A stretch of DNA of 64,000 nucleotides from assembly GCA_946408995.1 (NCBI GenBank), contig CAMJUL010000007.1:17-64016 (forward strand). Reading direction: 5' to 3'. Both the position numbers and the translations under genes were made by a program. The stretch comes from an uncultured Clostridia bacterium. GTDB lineage: Bacteria; Bacillota; Clostridia; Christensenellales; Aristaeellaceae. The notes beneath the pieces were generated by a model. It was not told the origin of the DNA and did no database searches. It saw only the letters and a program-made list of their open reading frames with translations. The first letter of the stretch is position 1. Each line of letters starts with the position of its first letter. Positions 9,325-17,563 of this stretch are shown here, one piece after another.

Positions 9325-10821
9325 TCAGCCTCCGCAGGGATGGGCCGGCGCGTTGTCCCGGTAATGGCTGTTTTCCTCGGGATTCTTCATGCACAGGTGT
9401 ATGGCGGCGGTCGTGAAGGTTTTGGGCAGGGCCAGGATATTGGGGTTTTCGCCCACAAATTTCCGCTTGGCGTCCTCGATGGCTTCCTCAATGGTGGCCC
9501 GGGTTTTCAGCCCCATCCCCCTTGCGATGCCGGGCTCCCGGGCCCCGATGATATAGATGGCGCTGGTGTGCATTTCCGCAAGGTGGCCGCAGCTCATCAT
9601 GCTGAACCCATGGAAGGGATGGAAAGCATTGGCGTAGCGGTATTTGCGAATGTATTCCTCGTTGGTGGCGAAGTATTCGCCGTAACGGTTCATATCCGGC
9701 AGGGTCTGCATGGAATCATGCTGGAACATTTCGTAGAGTTCCTTTATATAGGGCCAGCGCTCGTCATGGAACCACCCATCGCAGATCGAGGGCACGATGA
9801 ACACGCAGTGATCGGAAAGCACCCGCTTGTGCCGGATCACCTGGGCGGACAGGGCCTGCATCATCTGGATGGGGTTGGTGCCCATGCCGTCGCCGTAGTG
9901 AAAACGGGTAGGCATCCCAAACACCACGATGTCGTATTTCTTATCCGCCCAGTGCACATAGGTGCGCTTATCCGCCATTTTCCATGACACGGGCTGCATT
10001 TCCTTGGCCCAGCCGGAATTGATTTCGATTTGCCGGGATTTCGTGTCCAGCACGGCGTCACAGCAGAAGAATTTTTTGCCCATTTTTTCTTCCATGTGCA
10101 TGCCCTGCTGATCGAATTTATCCCGCATGAGGCTGCCGGTGGAAACGGGTACAAAGTCCGGCCGGTGCATTACCTGGGGCACGTGATGGGCGGCGATGGA
10201 GCGCCAATGGCTGATACCGGTGGCACAGTGCTTATAGCCGCCGGAATAGCCGCCATAGGGGTTGCCCTGGGTGTGGCCGATGAGGATGGCCACATCGGCG
10301 TCGTACACATACCTGTTCATGATCACGTGGTCTCCCTGAGCGGTAAAGCCCAGGTCCACCAGGTGATCCCAATCCTCGCTGTCGTGGCTGGTGATTTGGG
10401 AGGAATACCAGAAATCGTTGAACAGTTCATCGCCCAAAATCTGCCGGGCTTCGTTCATAGGCGTGCGGGGGTGCAGGCCGTTGGAAAACAGCAGCAGGAT
10501 ATTTTCTTTTTGGATGCCCGCGCTGTACAGCTCATCCAGGCAGGCCTGGATGGCCACCTTTCGGTGACTGGTGGGCTGGCAGCCACCCTTGACGATATCC
10601 GGGATTACGAACACCACGGTCTTTTTGCCCTTGGCTATCTCTCGCAAGGGCTCCATGCCGATGGGATGGCGGAGGGAGTGCATGGTCGCCTGGTACAGGC
10701 TGTCCCAGTCCTGGGGGAGACAGGCAGGATCGGGCACCGTTTCGCCGGGGATGAACACGTCGGTGGTATCGGGCAGATTGGCGGTCATGAAGCCGTTGCC
10801 GTATTCAAATTGAAGCTGCAT
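9325..10821 (-). CDS. LarA-family (DUF2088) putative nickel-pincer-dependent racemase/epimerase
   Basis: 498 aa. VVFVIPDIVKGG, LIGHTQGNPYGGYSGGYKHCATG (candidate cofactor-tethering Lys) and several conserved-looking His residues. The resemblance to lactate racemase LarA is from memory. Confidence 0.65.
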   Translation of the reverse strand: MQLQFEYGNGFMTANLPDTTDVFIPGETVPDPACLPQDWDSLYQATMHSLRHPIGMEPLREIAKGKKTVVFVIPDIVKGGCQPTSHRKVAIQACLDELYSAGIQKENILLLFSNGLHPRTPMNEARQILGDELFNDFWYSSQITSHDSEDWDHLVDLGFTAQGDHVIMNRYVYDADVAILIGHTQGNPYGGYSGGYKHCATGISHWRSIAAHHVPQVMHRPDFVPVSTGSLMRDKFDQQGMHMEEKMGKKFFCCDAVLDTKSRQIEINSGWAKEMQPVSWKMADKRTYVHWADKKYDIVVFGMPTRFHYGDGMGTNPIQMMQALSAQVIRHKRVLSDHCVFIVPSICDGWFHDERWPYIKELYEMFQHDSMQTLPDMNRYGEYFATNEEYIRKYRYANAFHPFHGFSMMSCGHLAEMHTSAIYIIGAREPGIARGMGLKTRATIEEAIEDAKRKFVGENPNILALPKTFTTAAIHLCMKNPEENSHYRDNAPAHPCGG

Positions 10822-10833
10822 GGCTGATCCTCC

Positions 10834-11682
10834 TTACTGTACGCAGTTACGCATGTATATACGGATAATGTCCAGGTATTCCCCGGGATAGAAGCCGATT
10901 TCCCCCTGAAAGCGGGTCAGGGCGATGAGCCCCCCGTCGATTTCTGGAATGGAGGCCAGCATGGCTGCGTTTTCCTGCTTGAGCCCGCCGCCGTATACCA
11001 CATCCATGCCCTCGGTGGACGCCTTTACGAACCGGGCGATCTTTTCAATATACGGTTTGTCCGCCGGCGCTTTGCCGGGCCCGATGGACCAGATCGGCTC
11101 ATAGCCGATGACGATTTTGTTTTTGTCCGCCCCCAACAATCCCAGCTCCAGCTGCGTACCCAGTACGGCTTCCCATTGGGATTGTTCCTCGCTTTTTTCG
11201 CCGATGCAGTATAAAACGCTCAGGCCTGCTTTCTGGGCGCACAGGACTTCCCGGTTCAGGATGCGGTTCACCGCTTCGGCGGCTTTTTCCCCGGTGACTC
11301 CGGCTTCCGCCAGAACCCCCATTTTATCGTTTCTTTCTTCGCAATGGCCGATAAGCACGCTTTGGCAGCCTGCCTCCTTCATGGCGTTGGCCGTGCGATT
11401 GGCGGTAAACGCGCCGAAATTGCCGCCCACGGCGGTATCGGAACGGAACACCCCCTGACAGCCCACTTGCAGGGGGCTGTCCTCCGTCCTTGCGGCTGCG
11501 GCGGAAAGGATATGAGCCTCCGGGAAATACATTACGAATTCTGCGTCCGGGTAAGCTTTCAGCGCGTCCTGGGTGCTTTCCACGATGGTTTTTCCCCATG
11601 CCGCCATGGGGGCCAGGCGGTTCACACCGCCCTTTGCCGGGGAAATATCGAAGCGTTTTAAATTCAAATAAATGTGTTTCAT
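10834..11682 (-). CDS. Triose-phosphate-isomerase family protein (divergent paralogue)
   Basis: Start at ATG 11682. TIM catalytic motifs are retained: LNLKRF (Lys), IGHCEER (His), IGYEPIWSIGPG (Glu), VYGGGL (phosphate loop). Confidence 0.8.
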   Translation of the reverse strand: MKHIYLNLKRFDISPAKGGVNRLAPMAAWGKTIVESTQDALKAYPDAEFVMYFPEAHILSAAAARTEDSPLQVGCQGVFRSDTAVGGNFGAFTANRTANAMKEAGCQSVLIGHCEERNDKMGVLAEAGVTGEKAAEAVNRILNREVLCAQKAGLSVLYCIGEKSEEQSQWEAVLGTQLELGLLGADKNKIVIGYEPIWSIGPGKAPADKPYIEKIARFVKASTEGMDVVYGGGLKQENAAMLASIPEIDGGLIALTRFQGEIGFYPGEYLDIIRIYMRNCVQ

Positions 11683-11693
11683 GGTTTCTCCCT

Positions 11694-12842
11694 TCACACC
11701 CAATGGGGGATGGTCGGAAGCTGATCGCCGATCAGGGGACGGCACCAGCGCAGGAAGGCATCCGTCACGTTATAGGGAGCCAGGTATTCCGGAGGGAGCG
11801 GCCGCTCATGCAGGGCCAGTCCCTCCAACGGAACCAGGATTTTTTCGCAGTGATACGGTTCATCCGATACCCGGCGAAGCCCCGCCATCATGCCGCCGGT
11901 TCCGGCCAGCATCGTGCGGGTGGCCAGGGCGCCTAAGCTTTCTGCCTCTGTCCGGTCCACCGGGGATGCCATTTCCCCGCAGCACCGGCCCAGGATGCCC
12001 GGCGTTTCACACCTGGCCTTGATCCCCAGCTTTTCGATCACCAAGCGGCACAAGTATTGGGAAACCGCCCCGAAATATACCGCCCGGCCTGAGGCAAACA
12101 GGGGCGGGGCCACAGGCGTCCCGTCGGCATAGCGGATGCCTTCGCTGACGGCCACCACCACTCCGCGGCCCTGTTTCCATATCCGGGCCGCTTCATTGAG
12201 AAAATCCGCTTCGTTAAAAGGTACTTCGGGCAAAAGGAGCATATGGGGTGCGTCCCCGGCCTTTTCCCGTGCCAAGGCGGACGCTGCCGTGATCCACCCC
12301 GCGTTGCGGCCCATATATTCCACGATGCACACATGGATGGGCAGGGCGGCTACGTCCGCGGCGATTTCCCGCATGGACACCGCCGCGAACCGGGCGGCGC
12401 TGCCAAAACCCGGGGCGTGATCCGTCAGATCCAGATCATTATCGATGGTTTTGGGAATGCCGCCCACCAAAATGCCGTTTTTCCGGCACGCTTTCCACAG
12501 CTTGGCGCAGGTATCCATGGTGCCGTTTCCGCCTGTCAAAAGCACATAGCCGATTCCGTGCTTCTTAAGCACGCGGACCATATCGGCGTAATCCTTTTCT
12601 TCCAGAGGCGTGCGGGAGGTGCCAATGGCGGAGGCGGGTGACGCAGCCAGCGCCTGCAGCGCGGTTTCGTCCAGCCCGGTCAAATTGATAAAGCTTTCCT
12701 TTAAAATCCCTCTGGTGCCGTGGGACGCGCCCCAAATTCCATCCACCTTACCTGAATGCTGCGCCTCCCTGATCGCCCCGGCCAGGGAAGCGTTGATTAC
12801 CGCGGTGGGCGCCCCGCCGTGGGCAATGAGCAATTGAGCCAT
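11694..12842 (-). CDS. PfkA-family phosphofructokinase-like sugar-phosphate kinase
   Basis: HGGAPTAVINASL, LLTGGNGTMDT, GIPKTIDNDL and MGRNAGW motifs of the 6-phosphofructokinase family. Confidence 0.8.
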   Translation of the reverse strand: MAQLLIAHGGAPTAVINASLAGAIREAQHSGKVDGIWGASHGTRGILKESFINLTGLDETALQALAASPASAIGTSRTPLEEKDYADMVRVLKKHGIGYVLLTGGNGTMDTCAKLWKACRKNGILVGGIPKTIDNDLDLTDHAPGFGSAARFAAVSMREIAADVAALPIHVCIVEYMGRNAGWITAASALAREKAGDAPHMLLLPEVPFNEADFLNEAARIWKQGRGVVVAVSEGIRYADGTPVAPPLFASGRAVYFGAVSQYLCRLVIEKLGIKARCETPGILGRCCGEMASPVDRTEAESLGALATRTMLAGTGGMMAGLRRVSDEPYHCEKILVPLEGLALHERPLPPEYLAPYNVTDAFLRWCRPLIGDQLPTIPHWV

Positions 12843-12891
12843 ACAATGCTCCTTATAGAAAGAAGATATGGTTTTGCAGTATCGACACTCA

Positions 12892-14247
12892 TCAAAGCTC
12901 GATCACTGGAATATCCATCAGCGCGGCGGTTTGCTTGAGGGCGTCGTAAATATCGTCCCATACCAATACATAGTGGTGAGGGATCTGCTCCTGGATCAGA
13001 CGTTCCGCGGTCTCCCGCACTGGCGCTGCCATTTTCACCTGGATCATGCTGCCACGGGTCACCCGGTCCCGGTCCAGCGCTTCCCCCCGCGTGAGCACCA
13101 GCTTATACTTGCCATGGAAATTGTGCAGGCGGGCGATGGTCACTTGGCCTGGTTTGAGTGCCGTCCAGAAGGCAGAGCCCTGGCCCACCAGGGGATGGTT
13201 GCGAAGCTCCGGTTTGTATTTTTCATTGTGCAGGGAGGGGGCGGCATTGCCGCAATGCCAGAAATACAGGGTGTTTTCCTCTTCGTTCAGGTCGATCATG
13301 TCCGTGATGAAGGGCGCTTTTCCGGGAGAGAGAAGCATTTCCATCATCTGAGTGATGCCCGCGTCCACGTCCCCTTCGCAGCCGATGGATATCCCGTCAT
13401 CCAGCAGTCTGCCCAGCACCGCGCAGGGCTGGGTGTGGGCTGCGCCCATTTCCGGCCAGCATTTGATGATTCCGAAATCATACCCATCCAGTTTCATCCG
13501 CTTTTTCAGAGCCAGATACAGCCTGCAATGGTTCTCCAAATGCCCCTCAGGCAATAGAGAGGGATTCCACCTGGCGGAAACGGCAGCCATGTCCGCCTTT
13601 ACTTCCTCCTCCGGCAGGGCAGCCATATCGTCAAACACGGTTTTCAGCTCGGTGGCGTTCATGGCAAGCCCGAAGGTACGCCGGATGACGGCCTCGTCAA
13701 AGGTGCTGACATAATAGTTGGTGGGGCGGTAGCCGAACAGACCCAGCGTCATCTGGGACAGTGCCTTTTTCACTGCATAGCTCCGCAGCAGGTTTTTCAC
13801 CTTTTTCGCGGCCCGTTCATCCTCTTTGCCCCCGTACACCGTATGGCAGGGATAGCCCAGCCTGCCCAGGGCGGCGGCGTTCATGGTCATGGCGCACAGG
13901 GCGTTGGCCCACAGCCTTTCTTCCCGCACGTAAGGCGGCTCGTAGGGGGCCCACAGGATCAGCGGCACGCTCATCTTCTGCACGATGGCCGCGGCGATAT
14001 CGTCCCCCGTAAACGCGCCGTACACCATCACAACCGCGTCTACCTGGCTTTGCCGCATCATGGATATGGCGTCGTTCACTTCCTCCGGGGTGGTCAGCAC
14101 GTGGTCCGGCATTACCAGGTTCATATCCGTTAATTGCTCCCGGGCCCAGGCAGTGTATTCCCTGTGGCGCTCGATGGGGAGTTCCCTGGGCCAGCGACCG
14201 GACAGGGTCACGATCAAGCCTACGTTCAATGGATTTTTCATTTTCAT
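12892..14247 (-). CDS. L-fucose/L-arabinose isomerase family sugar isomerase
   Basis: 451 aa. Its organisation and motifs (GCEGDV, FWHCGNAAPS, C-terminal beta domain) resemble the FucI/AraA-like isomerase family. Assignment is by eye. Confidence 0.65.
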   Translation of the reverse strand: MKMKNPLNVGLIVTLSGRWPRELPIERHREYTAWAREQLTDMNLVMPDHVLTTPEEVNDAISMMRQSQVDAVVMVYGAFTGDDIAAAIVQKMSVPLILWAPYEPPYVREERLWANALCAMTMNAAALGRLGYPCHTVYGGKEDERAAKKVKNLLRSYAVKKALSQMTLGLFGYRPTNYYVSTFDEAVIRRTFGLAMNATELKTVFDDMAALPEEEVKADMAAVSARWNPSLLPEGHLENHCRLYLALKKRMKLDGYDFGIIKCWPEMGAAHTQPCAVLGRLLDDGISIGCEGDVDAGITQMMEMLLSPGKAPFITDMIDLNEEENTLYFWHCGNAAPSLHNEKYKPELRNHPLVGQGSAFWTALKPGQVTIARLHNFHGKYKLVLTRGEALDRDRVTRGSMIQVKMAAPVRETAERLIQEQIPHHYVLVWDDIYDALKQTAALMDIPVIEL

Positions 14248-14260
14248 TTAATCCTCCCTG

Positions 14261-15115
14261 TTACGCTTTTCCTTCGGAGCCGGAAAGGCAGATGATGCGC
14301 TTTACGTCTTCCTTCAGGGCGTTGCAGGCGTATTGGCTCACTTTCCAGCTGTGGCCCTGATGATCCATTTTGAGCCCTTCCTCCAGGTGCTCGATATATT
14401 TCCAGCGGATTTCCGTGCCGAAATTGATCTTGGCAATGCCAAGTTCTTTCACGGCCTTGCGGATGATGCTTTCATCCATCCCGGTGCAGCCGTGCAGCAC
14501 CAACGGGAGATCGCAGAAGGAGCGCACCTGCTCCAGGATTTCCAGATGAATATCTGGCTTTCCCTTGTAAAAGCCGTGGGCGTTACCAATGCCGATGGCC
14601 AAAGTATCCGGATGGCACAGGGTGAGGAACTCCTTCACCTGCAGAGGATCGGCCAGGTTTTTGTTTTCCAATACAGCGCCCGTGCTGTCCAGCCGTTGCA
14701 ATTCGCCGATCTCAGCCTCCACCGGCGCATGGAAGTATTTCGCCACCTGGACCACGCTTTCCGTCAGCGCTGCGTTTTCCCTGACGGGCAAGGTGGAGCC
14801 GTCGATCATCAGCGAAGTAAAGCCCAGCCGCAGCGCCTCCATACAGATGGCAAAATCCGCCCCGTGATCCAAATGGATGGATACCGGGACGGAAACCTTT
14901 TCGGCGCACCACTTGGCCACCTGATAAAACCAACCATGGCCGCTATACGCCCCGGTGCTCGCGTAATGGGCCAGGATCACGGGGGATTGAAGCTCCTCCG
15001 CTGCTTTGCACGCAGCCATGATGATGTCGTAGTTACCGCCCTGGGTATTGATGGCTGGAATAGCATAGCCCTCCCGCCTGGCACGCTGCATTTGCTCCAG
15101 GTTGTTACACAGCAC
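14261..15115 (-). CDS. Class II ketose-bisphosphate aldolase (FbaA/GatY/KbaY family)
   Basis: 284 aa. YAIPAINTQ, SIHLDHGADF (zinc ligands) and LVLHGCTG motifs. GTG start at 15115. Confidence 0.85.
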   Translation of the reverse strand: MLCNNLEQMQRARREGYAIPAINTQGGNYDIIMAACKAAEELQSPVILAHYASTGAYSGHGWFYQVAKWCAEKVSVPVSIHLDHGADFAICMEALRLGFTSLMIDGSTLPVRENAALTESVVQVAKYFHAPVEAEIGELQRLDSTGAVLENKNLADPLQVKEFLTLCHPDTLAIGIGNAHGFYKGKPDIHLEILEQVRSFCDLPLVLHGCTGMDESIIRKAVKELGIAKINFGTEIRWKYIEHLEEGLKMDHQGHSWKVSQYACNALKEDVKRIICLSGSEGKA

Positions 15116-15155
15116 AGCAGATCACCCTTCCTCCAATATATCGAACCGAATAATT

Positions 15156-15168
15156 ACACGTATGTACA
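15156..15168. promoter_or_regulatory. Candidate operator, site 2 (reverse complement TGTACATACGTGT)
   Basis: Matches 12 of 13 positions of the core of sites 1 and 3. It lies 41-53 nt upstream of the aldolase start, in the divergent LacI/aldolase intergenic region. Confidence 0.45.
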
Positions 15169-15321
15169 CTGAAAGTATAGCACAGACTTCGCTTTGGTGT
15201 CAATAATAACATCCGGTTTTTTTAAAGCTTTTTGCGGAACACAGGAGAAATCGCCGGATTGACTTCATATTTCCTTTGTGATACAATATACACATATCCA
15301 CAAATGAGAGGGGGCGGCCAA

Positions 15322-16335
15322 ATGCCGCGTAAGGGAAACACGCCCACGCGAAAGGATGTGGCGGATCTGGCCGGAGTATCGGAAACCATCGTGTCCTATG
15401 TGCTCAACGCCAACCGTTATGTATCGGCGGACAAGAAAAAACGGGTACTGGCTGCAGTGGAAAAGCTGCATTACCGGCCAAACTCCATTGCCCGGGCCTT
15501 GAAGGGCAAGGGCAACAGCCACATTTTGTTTATCGCCGATAACGTTGCCAACAATTATTTCGGTAGGCTTCTGCAGGAGTTGGACGACGTAGCCTACGAT
15601 AAAGGGTATCTGGTGTCTCTGATGAGCGCCAAGAATGACCGGGATTTTATCAACCGCATCCTGTCCCGTCAGGTGGACGCGGTGATTATTTCCTCCACCA
15701 GCCTGGCGGAAAGCTATGTACAGGAATTGGTGGATAACGGCTTGCCCGTGGTGCTGCTCATGACCCGGGACTATGCCACTGTTCACGGCCGGGTGGCCCG
15801 CATCTATACGGGCATCGAATCCGGCATCATGGCGGCGGTGCGCCTGCTGCATGAAAGCGGCTGCCGGAACTTGGTGCATGTGGACCGGGTGAGCCGCCAG
15901 GAGCATTTTTCCAACCGTCAGGATCTGCGTTTCCGGGGCTTTTGCAACCAAATGGAAACGTTGGGCCATCAATTGTCGGCGGATTCCTTTATTACCGGCT
16001 GCCACGATTACGACGAATTGTTTGAAGCTGTGTGCTGCCGAATCAAAAGCGGCGTGCCTGTGGACGGCTTTGTCTGCCGCAATGACGGCCTGGCCTGCAT
16101 GGTGCTGAACGCCGTGCTGGCCTGCGGAAAAAAGGTGCCGGAGGATATTTCCGTCATCGGCTTTGATAATTCCGACACCAGTCGCATCGTCCGTCCCGCT
16201 CTTTCCACCATCGCCACGGACCAGAAGGCCATTGCTGAAGCAGCCCTGGAATTGATCGAAGCCTTGATCAATGGGCAGACTCCCGGTGAAAAGCATTTGG
16301 TAACCCGCATGGTGATTCGGGACACTACCAAATAA
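15322..16335 (+). CDS. LacI family transcriptional regulator
   Basis: Start at ATG 15322 (GAGAGGGGG upstream). N-terminal HTH TRKDVADLAGVSETIVSYVLN, followed by a periplasmic-binding-protein-like sugar-binding fold. Confidence 0.85.
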   Translation: MPRKGNTPTRKDVADLAGVSETIVSYVLNANRYVSADKKKRVLAAVEKLHYRPNSIARALKGKGNSHILFIADNVANNYFGRLLQELDDVAYDKGYLVSLMSAKNDRDFINRILSRQVDAVIISSTSLAESYVQELVDNGLPVVLLMTRDYATVHGRVARIYTGIESGIMAAVRLLHESGCRNLVHVDRVSRQEHFSNRQDLRFRGFCNQMETLGHQLSADSFITGCHDYDELFEAVCCRIKSGVPVDGFVCRNDGLACMVLNAVLACGKKVPEDISVIGFDNSDTSRIVRPALSTIATDQKAIAEAALELIEALINGQTPGEKHLVTRMVIRDTTK

Positions 16336-16343
16336 GCGATCTT

Positions 16344-16367
16344 CCCCGTACCGAACGAGGTACGGGG
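16344..16367 (+). terminator. Hairpin after the LacI gene
   Basis: 9-bp stem CCCCGTACC / GGTACGGGG with a 6-nt loop. The T-tract is weak (ATTGTT). Confidence 0.45.
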
Positions 16368-16381
16368 ATTGTTCGACACCT

Positions 16382-16396
16382 TGTACACACGTGTTT
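16382..16396. promoter_or_regulatory. Candidate operator, site 3 (TGTACACACGTGTTT)
   Basis: Identical 15-mer to site 1. It sits between a -35-like TCGACA (16373-16378) and a weak -10-like TTGATT (16396-16401), 30 nt upstream of ATG 16426. Confidence 0.5.
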
Positions 16397-16425
16397 TGAT
16401 TCTGTAAAAGAAAGGAAGGCCGTCT

Positions 16426-17451
16426 ATGCTGGATGCAACGTACTTTGAGGGAATCCGCGGCGCGGTTTATTTCCCCTCCCGCGCTTACAACGCCTGGCAG
16501 ACCTGGAATGAGCTGAATCCGGAGGAGATCGACCGGGACTTTGGATATGCCCAGGACGCGGGCATAAACGCCCTGCGCATGTTCGTGAGCTTTGAATACT
16601 GGCAGGAGGAACCGGAGAAGTTTTTTGAACGCTTTGAGCAGGTGATCGCGCTGTCACAAAGGCACTGCATCCGAGTGATGCCCGTGCTGTTTGAAGACTG
16701 TGGGACGGATAACACGGAGGAAGCACGGAAAAACAAAAACCCCCATACCGCCATTTGCGTGTGCTCCCCCTGCCGGGCCATTCAGTCAGCCCCCGCCCGC
16801 TGGGTGGAGGTGCACGGGTTTGTGGATGCCTTCATGCGCCGCTATGGCAGTGATGAAAGACTGCTGGCCATCGAATGTATGAATGAGCCTCATTGGGAAT
16901 CGGGCAATGTTCCCTTTGCCCAGCATATTGTGGCGCTGTCGAAAGGCTATCGGGGCAGCGTTCCTCTGACCATCGGCTGCATCACGCTTTGGCACAACCT
17001 GTATTTCGGCGATGATCTGGATATTTACCAGTATCACGACAATTTCCCCCAGAGCGCGGAAAAACTTGGACGGGTGATCCGGGATGCGAAAACGGTGCAG
17101 CAATTGATACGCAAGCCCTGCTGGCTCACGGAATGGCAGCGGGTAAGGGAGGCCGGCCCTGGTTGGGATACCTCCGTGATCCCGCAGGAATACACCGTGC
17201 CCGCCCTGGCCTCGCTGGCCCCCACGATTTACGCGGAAGGGGTTGGCAGTTTCTTCTGGTCCCTGATGGTCAAGCCCGCGTATCTGATGGCACAGCGGCC
17301 CAACGGCACCTATAACGGCCTGTTCCATGAGGACGGCAGCGTGTACAGCCTGAAGGATTATCAGGCCATCGCCGGAAAAAATAAAATCCGCCCCGAAAAG
17401 GCGGATCTGCCGGCTTGGTACAAGGAAAGTCTGAAAAAATACGACCATTGA
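16426..17451 (+). CDS. Clan GH-A (TIM-barrel) glycoside hydrolase, GH5-like, no signal peptide
   Basis: 341 aa. Candidate acid/base in ECMNEPHW and nucleophile in CWLTEWQ, spaced as in GH5/cellulase-type enzymes. Confidence 0.55.
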   Translation: MLDATYFEGIRGAVYFPSRAYNAWQTWNELNPEEIDRDFGYAQDAGINALRMFVSFEYWQEEPEKFFERFEQVIALSQRHCIRVMPVLFEDCGTDNTEEARKNKNPHTAICVCSPCRAIQSAPARWVEVHGFVDAFMRRYGSDERLLAIECMNEPHWESGNVPFAQHIVALSKGYRGSVPLTIGCITLWHNLYFGDDLDIYQYHDNFPQSAEKLGRVIRDAKTVQQLIRKPCWLTEWQRVREAGPGWDTSVIPQEYTVPALASLAPTIYAEGVGSFFWSLMVKPAYLMAQRPNGTYNGLFHEDGSVYSLKDYQAIAGKNKIRPEKADLPAWYKESLKKYDH

Positions 17452-17460
17452 TCGATCAAA

Positions 17461-17507
17461 AACAGCCGTTCCGCTTTACATCAAGCACTGCAGAACGGCT
17501 GTTTTTT
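17461..17507. terminator. Bidirectional rho-independent terminator between convergent genes
   Basis: 11-bp stem AACAGCCGTTC / GAACGGCTGTT, followed by TTTTATGTTTTT on the + strand and TTT on the minus strand. Confidence 0.6.
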
Positions 17508-17563
17508 ATGTTTTTCCGGCACTGGCATAGCCGCCGGACGGCGGCCAATTGATGTGCCGGGTA

